Shown: one piece after another, positions 1 through 12,544 of the stretch
How the letters are laid out: each line of letters begins with the position of its first letter
How positions within the stretch are numbered: position 1 is the stretch's first letter
From: Octopus sinensis
Lineage: Eukaryota
Length of the DNA stretch: 64,000 bases
Assembly: GCF_006345805.1 (NCBI RefSeq)
Contig: NC_043011.1
Span: 53,270,464 to 53,334,463, forward strand
Direction of reading: 5' to 3'
Translations under genes and position numbers: made by a program
Notes under the pieces: model-generated
Seen by the model: the letters and a program-made list of their open reading frames with translations, nothing else
Database searches by the model: none
Told to the model about the DNA's origin: nothing

Positions 1-270
1 TTGAAACCTTGAAGCTAAAAGACAATGCATGATGAATTCAAAACTGTGAATTTGATAGAGTAAAGTGAATGCTTAATACTGGACACAGATATTTTACTGC
101 ATTCTTCATTCTTTTCACTATTAACTGGGACAAAGGCAGCGTATTTCAATAGAAATATGGTAATGAAAGGTTTGATTCTATTTTTAATGTTAATTTCAAT
201 GATTCTGACATTCTTGGAAAGTCTTTTGCAAAACAAATGGTGCCTATTTTGAGATCTTTGGTTTTTCAAC

Positions 271-479
271 TATTCTTTTACTCTTTTATATGTTTCAGTC
301 ATTTGACTGTGGCCATGCTGGTGCATCACCTTTAGTCAAAAAGATCGACCCCCCACCCCACAAAGACTTTTTTTTTTTTGTAAGTCTAGTATTCTGTCGG
401 TCTCTTTACGAGCCACTAAGTTACTGGGACATAAACACACCAGCATCGGTTGTCAAGCAATGGTGGGGTGACAAACACA

Positions 480-538
<59 letters not shown>

Positions 539-680
539 CAAGTGGCTTCTTTCAGTTTCCGTCTACCAAATCCACTCACAAAGCTTTGGTCGACCCAAGG
601 CTATAGTAGAAGACACTTGCCGAAGGTGCCATGCAGTGGGAATGAACCCGGAACCATGTGGTTGGTAGCAATGTTGCCCA
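271..680 (-). mobile_element. SINE family A (tRNA-like head, internal (TA)n(TG)n, tail ending ...GACTGAAACAAGTAAAAGAG)
   Basis: Reverse complement aligns by eye with the many other copies (8573, 12545, 53815, 56705); head has B-box-like GGTTCATTCCC and CCTTCGGCAAG core start. Confidence 0.85.
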
Positions 681-724
681 GCAGGATGGCATCATTCATA
701 TATATATACTATATATATATATTT

Positions 725-854
725 TTTATTTTATAGAAGGAGCTTCTACAGGACTATAACTGTTCATTCAGATGAAATCTTCATCGAAGCTTCCTGAAGA
801 TTCATCTGAATGAAACAGTTTCTAGTCCTGTAGAAGCTCCTTCTATAAAATAAA
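725..854. repeat. Inverted repeat (~58-bp arms, ~11-nt loop), Penelope-like terminus
   Basis: TTTATTTTATAGAAGGAGCTTCTACAGGACTA...TCTTCA mirrors TGAAGA...TAGTCCTGTAGAAGCTCCTTCTATAAAATAAA; the right arm holds CTGAAGA...GAAAC...GTC. Confidence 0.85.
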
Positions 855-942
855 TTACTTTACTCTGCTATGTATTGAGTACCTTATTTACTGTGGTTAA
901 CCCCGACTCAACCCGGGACCTACATATATATATATATATATA

Positions 943-993
<51 letters not shown>

Positions 994-1008
994 ATATATA
1001 TATATATC

Positions 1009-1053
<45 letters not shown>

Positions 1054-1249
1054 ATATATATATAATATATATATTAGTTTTAGTCATCGCCATACTAATA
1101 TGGCATCTTATAAAAATAAGAATAAAGCTGACCGCGTATTAGCTCCATGAGGCCATCGCCTAAGTTAGCTATTTGATACACAAACTGTATCCATATAACT
1201 TAGGAGACTTAGTAATTTAATATTTCTATTATATATATACATATACATC

Positions 1250-1492
1250 AAATCAAATTCACAGCATGATTGCTGCCAGAGCAGCTGACTGGCTTCTGTG
1301 CTGGTGGCATATAAAAAGTACCATTCAAACGTGATTGTTACCAGCGTTGCCTCACAGCCACTCAAGGCTTTTGGTCAGCCCAAGGCTATATATAGTAGAA
1401 GACACTTGCCCAAGATTCCACGCAGCAGGAGTGAACCCAGGACCATCGTGGCTGGGAAGCAAACTTCTTAACCACACATCCATGCCTGTACC
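1250..1492. mobile_element. Old RTE 3'UTR fragment (+) fused to an old SINE-A head fragment (-)
   Basis: AATCAAATCAAAT...GCTGGTGGCATATAAAAAGTACC resembles the RTE UTR unit; 1355-1492 matches the SINE-A head. Confidence 0.55.
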
Positions 1493-1504
1493 TATTTTCT
1501 TATA

Positions 1505-2020
1505 TCATATATATAAAAAGAACTATAGTTGTGTGAGTGTCTGTCCCTCGATTTAGATTCCTAACTACTCCCACATTTTGCGGTGCAGTTTAACCAAAAC
1601 CGGGTATCTTATAGTCGTGATTCATATCGAGCCCGTCTGTTATTAGCGCGCGTCACGATTGTCTTACGATTTTAAAAATAGTTTTAACATCATTTTTTAT
1701 CCCATTTTAATGCATAATTTTTTCGTGTGTCGATGGCGGCGGAGTTGGCATCCATGTCACACCTGCACCTGTGTTTTGCTTCTCCCCCTTCTTCCCTCCC
1801 TCGTGAAGCGTGTGGGGAAGGAGTGTAAGGAAATCAACGTCGTAAAGCGTTGTCAAGGAGACCAGCGTTCTTTTAGAACAACGACTTCATGGCTTGAAGA
1901 CACCAAAACAGAAATGGCTAAGAAAGCCCGAATTGGCTTCTATAAGGGAAATAACTCTCTAAAAATGCTTATATAGTTATTTCCCTTACAAACCCGAGCA
2001 ACGCCGGGCGAAACTGCTAG
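1505..2020 (+). mobile_element. Non-autonomous Helitron-like element
   Basis: A|TC 5' junction, subterminal hairpin CCCGAGCAACGCCGGG, CTAG|T 3' junction; the 3' part is shared with 30973-31350. Confidence 0.7.
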
Positions 2021-2215
2021 TTTCTTTATAGAACGGTTTATTATGTCACACTTCTTCAAGCTCTTTACTGACACAGTTCCACAATTCTGTTAAGAAGCAC
2101 TGAAAGTGTGTTAGTGTTGTGTTTACTGAAGCATGACAAGACACTTTGACATAATAGATTTTGTATTATCAAGAAATAAGGAAAAATATGGATATGTTAT
2201 ATAATAGTTTTGTAT

Positions 2216-2432
2216 ATGTGTGTGTATTGTGTGTGTGTGTATTGTGTGTGTGTGTGTATTGTGTGTGTGTGTATTGTGTGTGTGTGGATTTTTTTTTAAA
2301 TGGTTTAAAATGGTTGCTCCGACTCCACAAAAGAAATATTTTACAATAATTGCGAAATGTTATTTCATGTCTTCACTATATACATGTGTGTGTGTGTGTG
2401 TGTGTGTGTTTGTGTGCGTGTGTGTGTGTGTT

Positions 2433-2463
<31 letters not shown>

Positions 2464-2476
2464 TTGTTTGTGTGTT

Positions 2477-2531
<55 letters not shown>

Positions 2532-2547
2532 GTTTGTGTGTGTGTTT

Positions 2548-2578
<31 letters not shown>

Positions 2579-2651
2579 TTGTGTGTTTGTGTGTTTTTGT
2601 GTGTGTGTTTGTGTGTGTGTGTGTTTGTGTGTGTTTGTGTGTGTGTGTGTT

Positions 2652-2707
<56 letters not shown>

Positions 2708-2750
2708 GTTTGTGTCTGTGTGTGTGTGTGTGTGCACGTGTATAACATTG
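2216..2750. repeat. Imperfect (TG)n/(TTTG) microsatellite
   Basis: Direct inspection. Confidence 0.95.
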
Positions 2751-3079
2751 CATTCTGGAGTCAAATGGCAAAAGTACATAATATTCAGACACAGTCAAAG
2801 ACGAGGAAAATAAAAAAAGAAAAAAGATATGAAACAAAAAAGGAAAAAAAAGAAACTGAAAGTAGAGGAAGGAGAAGAAAAAGGAAGAAAAAGAAGATGA
2901 AAAAGAAGGGTAGGATGAAGAGAAGAAGGAGAAGGAGAAGGAGTTGCAGTGTATTGCAAGGGGGTGGGTGGGGTGGATTATAGAATAACCACAATAACAA
3001 CCACAACAATAACACTGACCGCAGCAACAACAACAACAGCAACGATGATCCTGCAGCATCCACAATGCTGATGTAAGAG

Positions 3080-3390
3080 CATCTTCATCTCTTGTCTAAT
3101 GTCTTTCCAATGTAAGTACTTATTATTGTCATTGCCATACCACCACCGCCACCACCAATCATCATCATCATCATCATCATCATCGTCATCATCGTCACTC
3201 TCACCACCACCACCACCACACCACCACTACTAGTCATCATCATCATCATCATCATCATCGTCATCGTCATCATCATCATCATCATCATCATCCATCGTCA
3301 TCGTCATCGTCATCATCATCATCATCATCATCACCATCATCGTCATCGTCATCGTCATCATCATCATCATCATTGTCATCGTCGTCATCA

Positions 3391-3425
<35 letters not shown>

Positions 3426-3539
3426 ATCATCGTCATCGTCATCGTCATCATCATCATCGTCATCGTCATCATCATCATCATCATCATCATCGTCATCGTC
3501 ATCGTCATCATCATCATCATCATCATCATCGTCATCGTC

Positions 3540-3574
<35 letters not shown>

Positions 3575-3575
3575 G

Positions 3576-3622
<47 letters not shown>

Positions 3623-3990
3623 GTCATCATCGTCATCATCATCGTCGTCATCATCGTCACTGTCACCAACTCAGTGATCACCATGCCACCATCATCATCA
3701 TCATCATCATCATCATCACAGTCACCATCATCAGCAATGCCAGACTCCTCTTCGTCATCCTCTTTCTCCCTCTCGTAGTACTCCTAATCTTCTCCTCATC
3801 ATCATCATCACCTCTGCCGGTGTCATCTCTATCATCATACTCCACCACCACCACCACCACAACAACAACAACAATCGTAGTCACCACCACCACAACCAAC
3901 ACTACCACCACCACCACCACCACCACCACCATCACCGCTACAACCATCATCATCATCATCATCATCAGTCTGTCTTATCTAACCACTGCT
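3080..3990. repeat. (CAT)n/(CGT)/(CAC)n trinucleotide block
   Basis: Direct inspection. Confidence 0.95.
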
Positions 3991-4319
3991 ACCATCTTCC
4001 ATTGTTAAATATACAATTCTTCACCACCCCCTCCACTCTTCCACTCCCCTCACAAACCCTACCTCCCACTTTGCTCCCTCTATACCTTCTTACTCTACAT
4101 TTTTTCTTTTTACCTTTTTTATGTACTTTTATTTCATTTTATTTCTTCTTTTCCCTCTTTTTTTTTTCCAGATTTTTGTATTTTATTAGTTTTGCCTTCT
4201 TTTTTTTTTTATATATCATATTAGATTGCCACCGACAGGATGGGGAATAGGGGGTGGGGGGCGACGGCAGGTTAGTTCATGGTGAGGTGGGGGTAGGTTG
4301 ATGATGGTGATGTGTATAC

Positions 4320-4547
4320 AAATACACACACACACACGTTTGTGTGTTTTAATATATATATATATATATACAAATATATATACATATAATACATATAATA
4401 TATATATATATATATATATTTACACACACACATACATATACATATATAGCCCATGCTAGCATGGAAAGCGACGTTAAACGATGATGATGATATATGTATA
4501 TATGTATGTATGTGTTATATATATATATATATGCATATATATATATC

Positions 4548-4580
<33 letters not shown>

Positions 4581-4719
4581 ATATATATATATATACTACA
4601 CATATAATATATGTATATATATATATGTATATATATATAAGTATATATATATATATGCATATATATATATATATTTATATATATGCATATATATACATAT
4701 GTACATATGTATGTATGTG

Positions 4720-4755
<36 letters not shown>

Positions 4756-4803
4756 CATAATAATATATGCATACATATATATATATATATATATATATAG
4801 TAG

Positions 4804-4857
<54 letters not shown>

Positions 4858-5359
4858 GGATTATCATTATTATTGCTGTTGTTGTTTTTTTTTATTAGTA
4901 CAGTTTTTTTTTTTATCTGATGGTGTTTGATTTCATTGTTGATATATTCATTGCTGTTGTTGTTGTTGTTGTTGTCGCTGTTGTTGTTGTTGTTGTTGTT
5001 GTAGCTGTTGCTGTTGTTGGTTATTGTTGTTATTGATTTTCATGGTTTTTATTGTTAGTGGTGATAGTGGATGTGATGCCGGTAGTGGCGGGTGGGGGGT
5101 GATGGTCAGGTTGTAAGTATTTTTGTTGTAGTTATTTGGCAGTGGTAGTTGTTGTTGTCATTCTTCTTATTATTATTAATGTTGTCATTGATTATATTGA
5201 TGTTGTTATTGTTCTTGTTATTACCATTGATAACTGCTATTGTTAAGATTATTATCACTATTATTATTATTATTATTTTTATTTTTATTATTATATTATT
5301 ATTACTACTACTACTACTACTATATTTATTATTATTATTATTATTATGATTATGATTAT

Positions 5360-5391
<32 letters not shown>

Positions 5392-5520
5392 CTACTGCTA
5401 CTAATATTATTATTATTATTATTATTATCATTATTATTATTATTTTCATCATCATCATCATTATTATTATTATTATTATCATCATCATTGTTGTTGTTGT
5501 TATCGTTGTTGTTATGAATA
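4320..5520. repeat. (TA)n, (GTT)n and (ATT)n low-complexity tracts, with a tiny RTE 3' tail at ~4447-4490
   Basis: Direct inspection; CCCATGCTAGCATGGAAAGCGACGTTAAACGATGATG matches the RTE tail. Confidence 0.9.
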
Positions 5521-5899
5521 TTAGTGTTATTAGTTAGAGGGTGGTGGTGGTCGTGGGGAAAGACTGGTGGTGTTGTCTTGTCATGCTGTTTATTTATTTA
5601 TTTATTCATTTATTTATTTATTTATTTATTTATCTACCATCATAGTCCCCCACCCTCCCACCCTCCCACCAACCACCAAACCACCAACCAGCACCATCTT
5701 CCAATAACAATTAATGGTTGAAAAGATCTCGTTAATGTCTTTAATTGTTAATTATATTGGCTTTCAGCAGGGGTGGGCAGGTGGGAAGGTGAAAGTGGCG
5801 GCAATGGCAGTGGTGGCGGTGGTGGTGGTAGCGGCGGTGGTGGTGATGGGAGGGTTAAACTATATGACAGCCATTTTGGCGTTGTAGCGGGGATGTAAT

Positions 5900-6162
5900 T
5901 GTGCTGCTGATGATGATGATGATGATGATGATGATGGTGATGATGGTGGTGATGGTGATGATGGTGGTGGTGGTGGTGGTGATGATGATGATGATGATGA
6001 TGATGATGGTGATGATGGTGATGATGGTGGTGATGGTGATGATGGTGGTGGTGGTGGTGGTGATGATGATGATGATGATGATGATGATGGTGATGATGGT
6101 GGTGGTGGTGGTGATGATGATGATGATGATGATGATGATGGTGATGATGGTGGTGGTGGTAG

Positions 6163-6235
<73 letters not shown>

Positions 6236-6610
6236 GATGATGATGAAGATGATGGTGATGATGATGATGATGATGATGAAGATGATGATGATGAAGATGA
6301 TGATGATGATGATGATGAAGATGATGGTGATGATGATGATGATGATGATGAAGATGATGATGATGAAGATGATGATGATGATATGATGAGATGATGGTGG
6401 GATGGTGGTGGTTGGTAGTGATGAATGATGATGATGATGATGATGAGGAATGATGATGATGATGATGATGAATGATGATGATGATGATGATGATGAAGAT
6501 GATGGTGATGATGGTGGTGGTGGTGGTGATGATGATGATGATGATGATGATGATGGTGATGGTAGTGGTGATAATAGTGATGGTGATGGTGATGGTGATG
6601 GTAATGGCGT
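5900..6610. repeat. (GAT)n/(GGT)n trinucleotide block
   Basis: Direct inspection. Confidence 0.95.
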
Positions 6611-6899
6611 CAGTGTTGGTGGGAACGGCGGCAAAGATGGTTGTGGTGGTGGTCGTGGGGGGCTTGGGGATGTGGAGATGTGGAAGATATCAAAAGTCTG
6701 CACTGATAATGGTGGTGGAAGCTGATAGTGCAGTTTTTAATAGACCTACGGATTTTATTCATTATGTAATAAATCACAAAAGAGTCTTATTTTCATCTTC
6801 CTCCACATCTCTCTCCCTTTGACAACCTCTCTCACTTTGTTTGCCTCTTTCCCTCTCTCTCACTCTCTCTCCCCCTGCTTCTGTGTGCACATCGATGTG

Positions 6900-7499
6900 T
6901 GCAATGTCTATATGTCTATATATATATATATATATATAATATATATATATATATGTATGTTGTATATATTATGTTATATATATATAGATATATTATATAG
7001 ACCTATATTATGTATTTACATATAAATGTGTACATGTAAATATGTGTTAATACATACATATATATATGCATGTATATATATATGTATGTTTGTAGTGTGT
7101 GTGTATATATATATCATCATCATCATCATCATCGTTTAGCGTCCGTTTTGATGATGATGATGATGATGATGATATATATATATACCACACACATACAAAC
7201 ATACATATATATATACATGCATATATATAATCTATATATATATATATATTTATATATATACATGCACACACTCACACACATGCACACACATGTACATACA
7301 TGGGTGCACAGGCTCACACACACACACACACACATGGAGGCTTTACATGGCAGATTAATTCAGTGAGTGGAATTCATGTTAAACGAGCAAGATACATTTT
7401 TAATATTATGAAAAAAAAATGAAAGGCACACAATCAAAATTTCAGCATTTATTTCCTGAAATAGGGACAGTGAATTCAATTGTAGTGTGCATATAGATA

Positions 7500-7546
<47 letters not shown>

Positions 7547-7804
7547 TACACATACACACATATATATACACACATATATACATACAAACATATATATATG
7601 TATATATGTATATATATATATATGTATGTATATATATGTATATATATGTATATATATATACATATATATATATATGTCCATCATTAAACGATGATGATAT
7701 GATGATGATGACATATATATATATATATACATATATATATAATATACATATATATATACATATACATAATATATCTTTTGTATATATATATGTGTGTATG
7801 TATA

Positions 7805-7843
<39 letters not shown>

Positions 7844-7985
7844 ATGTATGTATTTATATTGTGTGTGTGCATGTGTGTGTATGTGTGCATGTATATAATA
7901 TATATTATATATATATATCTATATATATAATTATATATATATAATATAATTATATATATATAACATAGTGTGTGTGCGTTGTGTG
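6900..7985. repeat. (TA)n/(CA)n microsatellite region with tiny RTE tail remnants
   Basis: Direct inspection; CGTTTAGCGTCCGTTTT at ~7132 and TTAAACGATGATG at ~7685. Confidence 0.9.
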
Positions 7986-7989
7986 TGTG

Positions 7990-8265
7990 CCCACTATTAC
8001 AATATTGGATTTTGTCTTTTATCCAAACTAATAAAACTTTTTCCATTGTTTCCATAATGTAACCACATATATATAATGTGTTATGGATGATCCAGTGATT
8101 TTTACTGGCTCTTATTTTTTCTTTTGTTTCATTTAAGTATTTTAACAGTTGTTCCATTCCTATTAAACTGTTTTGTAGAGCTTCTGTTGAACCCCTTTTT
8201 ACATTTTGGAAGTTGATTTCATTGATCGATTTTTATTCCCAGAGAAATTGACTTCTTTGTTATTC
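7990..8265 (-). pseudogene. Decayed Tigger/pogo transposase N-terminal (CENP-B-like HTH) fragment
   Basis: Translates to KKSISLGIKI...LNETKEKIRA...ETMEKVLLVWIKDKIQ, resembling Tigger 'MEKLL.VWI.D'; contains stops. Confidence 0.55.
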
Positions 8266-8309
8266 GAAACTAATATCAGGCACTGGTGATGATGATGCCA
8301 TGTAGAAAG

Positions 8310-8470
8310 TGCCCATGGTGGAGTGGTTGGCATTAGGAAGGGCATCCAGCCATTGAAACCAAGCCAAAACAGACTATGGAACCTGGTGCAATCCCTGGCC
8401 TTACCAGTTCCTGTCAAGTCATACCAGCCTAGAAAATGGACATTAAATGTTGTTGATGATGATGATGATG
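8310..8470 (+). mobile_element. Older RTE-type 3' end fragment with (GAT)n tail
   Basis: GGAGTGGTTGGCATTAGGAAGGGCATCCAGCC matches the RTE 3' tails at 22060 and 28980. Confidence 0.7.
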
Positions 8471-8572
8471 CCACTGTTGCCGATGATGATGCCCCCGACA
8501 CCGACGCTGATTCTATCTTCAAAATATCAAACAAAATATTTAAAAATATATAATAATAATATATATAATAAT

Positions 8573-8981
8573 ATGCGCAGGAGTGGCTGTGTGGTAAGTA
8601 GCTTGTTTACCAACCACATGGTTCCGGGTTCAGTCCCACTGCGTGGCACCTTGGCTAAGTGTCTTCTACTATAGCCTCGGGCCGACAAAGCCTTGTGAGT
8701 GGATTTGGTAGACGGAAACTGAAAAGAATCCCGTCGTATATATGTATATATATATATATATGCATGTGTGTGTTTGTCCCCCCCTAGCATTGCTTGACAA
8801 CCGATGCTGGTATGTTTATGTCCCCGTTACTTAGCAGTTCGGCAAAAGAGACTGATAGAATAAGTACTGGGCTTACAAAAGAATAAGTCCCGGGGTCGAG
8901 TTGCTCGATTAAAGGCGGTGCTCCAGCATGGCCGCAGTCAAATGACTGAAACAAGTAAAAGAGTAAAAGAGTAAAGAGTAA
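8573..8981 (+). mobile_element. SINE family A, near full length
   Basis: GCGCAGGAGTGGCTGTGTGG (A box) ... GGTTCAGTCCC (B box), internal (TA)n(TG)n, tail GCTCCAGCATGGCCGCAGTCAAATGACTGAAAC(AAGTAAAAG)n. Confidence 0.9.
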
Positions 8982-9266
8982 ATTCTGTACAGAAGTAGTG
9001 TAGGAAACAGGACTGGCAGGTGCATTGCAAAGGAATTGAAGTGTCCTGTTGGGGTTTTCTGTGGATGTTCATTCTCTAAAAACCTGACTGGACTCAGAGT
9101 TACTGTCACAGCAAAGGTGATGGCTTTATGGTTGCTTACTGAGGTTGCAGTGAAAGTCACTAAATGGCTTTGGATAAAGAAGACAAACCAGTGCACATAT
9201 ATAGTATATTGGATAAGTATTATCCCTTAGATGGTTGGATCCACAACCTCTAACTTATTTGGTGGT

Positions 9267-10678
9267 ATCATCATCATCATCATTTAGCGTCCGTTCTCCA
9301 TGCTAGCATGGGTTGGACGGTTCAACTGGGGTCTGTGAAGCTGGAAGGCTTCATCAGGCCCAGTCAGATCTGGCAGTGTTTCTACGGCTGGATGCCCTTC
9401 CTAACGCCAACCACTCCGTGAGTGTAGTGGGTGCTTTTTACGTGCCACCTGCACAGGTGCCAGACAGAGCTGGCAAACGGCCACGAACGGATGGTGCTTT
9501 TACGTGTCACCGGCACGGGGCCAGGCGAGGCTGGCAACGGACACGAACGGATGGTGCTTTTACGTGCCACCAACACGGGGGCCAGACAGAGCTGGCAAAC
9601 GGCCACGAAACAGATGGTGCTTTTACGTGTCACCGGCACGGGGGCCAGGCGAGGCTGGCAACGGGCACGAACGGATGGTGCTTTTACATGCCACCGACAC
9701 GGGGGCTAGACACAGGGCTGGCAAACGGCCACGAACGGATGGTGCTTTCTTCATGTCACCGGCACGGGGGCCAGGCGAGCTGGCAACGGACACGAACGGA
9801 TGGTGCTTTTACATGTCACCGACATGGGGGCCAGACAGGGCTGGCAAACGGACACGACGGAGGTGCTTTTACATGTCACCGACATGGGGGCCAGACAGGG
9901 CTGGCAAACGGCCACAAACGGATGGTGCTTTTACGTGTCACCGGCACGGGGGCCAGGCCAGGCTGGCAACGAACACAAACGGATGGTGCTTTTACGTGCC
10001 ACCTACACGGGGGCCAGACAGGGCTGGCAAACGGCTACGAACGGATGGTACTTTTACGTGTCACCTGCACGGGGGCCCTGATGTTGATCGACCTCAATTT
10101 GGTTTGATCTTGATTTTGACTGTTCTCACTGGTCTTGCCGGGTTTTCTCACGCACAGCATACCTCCAAAGGTCTCGGTCACGGGTCATTTCCTTGGTGAG
10201 ACCTAAAGTTTGAAGGTCGTGCTTCACCGCCTCGACCCAGGTTTTCCTGGGTCTACCTCTTCCACAGGTCCCCTCAACTGCCAGGGTGTGGCACTTTCAC
10301 ACACAACTATCTTCAGCCATTCTCATCACATGACCATACCAGCGCATACGTCTCTCTTGCACACAACAACTGATGCTTCTTAGGTTCAACTTTTCTCTCA
10401 AGGTACTTACACTCTGTCGATTATGAACACTGACGTTACACATCCATCGGAGCATACTAGCTTCATTTCTTGCGAGCTTACGCAAATCCTCAGCAGTCAC
10501 AGCCCAAGTTTCACTACCATGTAGCATGGCTGTACGTACACATGCATCATACAGTCTGCCTTTTACTTTGAGCGAGAGGCCTTTTGTCACCAGCAGAGGT
10601 AAGAGCTCTCTAAACTTTGCCCAGGCTATTCTTAATCTAGCAGTTATACTCTCAGCGCACCCGCCCCCGCTACTGACT
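9267..10678 (-). mobile_element. 5'-truncated RTE LINE: ORF2 C-terminus, 3'UTR VNTR and (TGA)n tail
   Basis: ORF 10297-10590 (KGRLYDACVRTAMLHGSETW...WYGHVMRM) is typical of the RTE C-terminal region and is homologous to 32496-32957. Confidence 0.9.
9435..10075 (-). repeat. ~61-62-bp tandem repeat, ~10 units, inside the RTE 3'UTR
   Basis: GATGGTGCTTTTAC recurs at ~9490, 9551, 9614, 9673, 9739, 9800, 9862, 9921, 9983 and 10043. Confidence 0.95.
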
Positions 10679-10930
10679 TATATATGCGGATATAAACAAT
10701 AGGGTAATAATATAGATTACTACCAGTGGCTCAGCACAAAAGACGAATTAGTCATTAGACAAAATATTATTCATATAGAAAAATATTATTCAAGTAGAAA
10801 TATAATTAAGGGCTGGGAACACAAAAAGGGGATAAATTTATCGAGAGTGAAAATCAAAAACATTTACCGATAACTTTACATCTCGGACTGATATCAGTTT
10901 CTACCTCTTTCTATATATATATATATATAT

Positions 10931-11243
10931 AATAAAACGTTTTGAATGGTACAACAATGCACTATAATACAGACAATGGGCCATAAGAACTGTTGTAATT
11001 TAGTGATCCATAGTCTGATATGATATTTCGGAATAATATTCCTTCTTCAGATATTCTTAGATGGAGTTGCTGCTATAATCAGTTTTAGAAAACCGATTAT
11101 AGTGGCAGCTCCATCTAAGAATATCTGAAGAAGGAATATTATTCCGAAATATCATATCAGACTATGGATCACTAAATTACAACAGTTCTTATAGCCCATT
11201 GTTTGTATAATAGTGCATTGTTGTACCATTCAAACTTTTTATT
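10931..11243. repeat. Near-perfect palindrome (~155-bp arms, 2-4-nt loop), Penelope-like
   Basis: 10931-11086 is the reverse complement of 11089-11243 with few mismatches; each arm holds CTGAAGAAGGAATATTATTCCGAAATATCATATC. Confidence 0.9.
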
Positions 11244-11336
11244 CTTTACAAAAAATACACCATGCTTCAAGTGAACTACAATACTCACATATATACATGT
11301 ATATATATATATATATATTATATATATATAATATAT

Positions 11337-11390
<54 letters not shown>

Positions 11391-11679
11391 ATATATATAG
11401 CAAAAGAATGTGTTATTATACTATTCCACATGTATAAAAACAGCCATACCAACAATCCAACATACCTCCATCATCAGCTGCCCCACGTATATCATTATGG
11501 TTTTGACACCATAGATATTGTAATATTGTAAATATGATTATAAGTTTCCATTATATTAACTATAGAAAATAGTCTAATATTAAGGCATATAAACCCACGA
11601 TGGGGGAAATTGAGTACTAGTACAAAAGTTTCATTTGTGACCATTTCTTAACTTGTGTGTGAAGTGTGTGTTGTGTGTG

Positions 11680-11715
<36 letters not shown>

Positions 11716-12544
11716 ATGTATGTAGAAGTAGAATACCTTGTGTTTCCCACGTTGAAATGTAGGCAGAAATGATACACAATGGCTGTTAATCAACACGTAT
11801 TCAATTCAATAGAATACGACTGTATTTCTCTTCAAATACATCTTTCATGTAAGAAATAAAATTGTTTTCCAATATATTTGTAGCAGTTTGGTGCCAACTA
11901 CACTGTGCTACTGATAGATGTTCAATATCAGTGATATATTTCATAATTTAAGTATGTAAATGACATGTATCTAATTCAAACAGATTAAATAAGAATGCAG
12001 GATTGAGTAAATGTGAAATCAGCTTTTATCTGATTTGAAACTATTATGAGATATAATATGTTATCTTTTTTATTCTTGAAATCCTTAAAATAATTTGAGA
12101 AATGATTAGAAATTGAAATGTCAAGAAGTAACCCATCCGTAGAAATGGAATTAAGTAATTCTAATGAAATGTTGAAACCAGATTGCTCAGAGGAAACTTA
12201 AACATCTAAATCAGTGTTTTCCTATCTATTTTTACCCCACCCACATCCCCAATCTGACATTCCAGAAAAATGTATGCTCCACCAATGGTTGGAAAAAACA
12301 ACTTTATTTTTAATATTTTATCTCAATTATTTAATACAAAAGAATTTACCGGTAACTCTTTTAAATACTGAGTCCCCCCAAAAAATGTACATTATTGACT
12401 AAGAAAAAAAAGAAGTGGATCACTCAAATGAGAACCTTGTGCCTGGCAACTACAGCAGATATCTTTCCTCTCCAGTAAGTTCACCATCATCAATTCACCG
12501 TTTTTTACAATAAAATAGTTTTTAACTATTAATAGTGAGATACT

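Noticed and set aside
2220-7950. Long ORFs of VC, HT, YI, poly-M, poly-S and poly-H repeats (also at 19-23, 35-36, 38-40 and 45 kb)
   Set aside because: They are translations of stop-free microsatellites, with no sign of real coding sequence.
9435-10075. CRISPR-like regular array
   Set aside because: Units are contiguous homologous repeats without unique spacers, they lie in a LINE UTR, there are no cas genes, and the context is eukaryotic.
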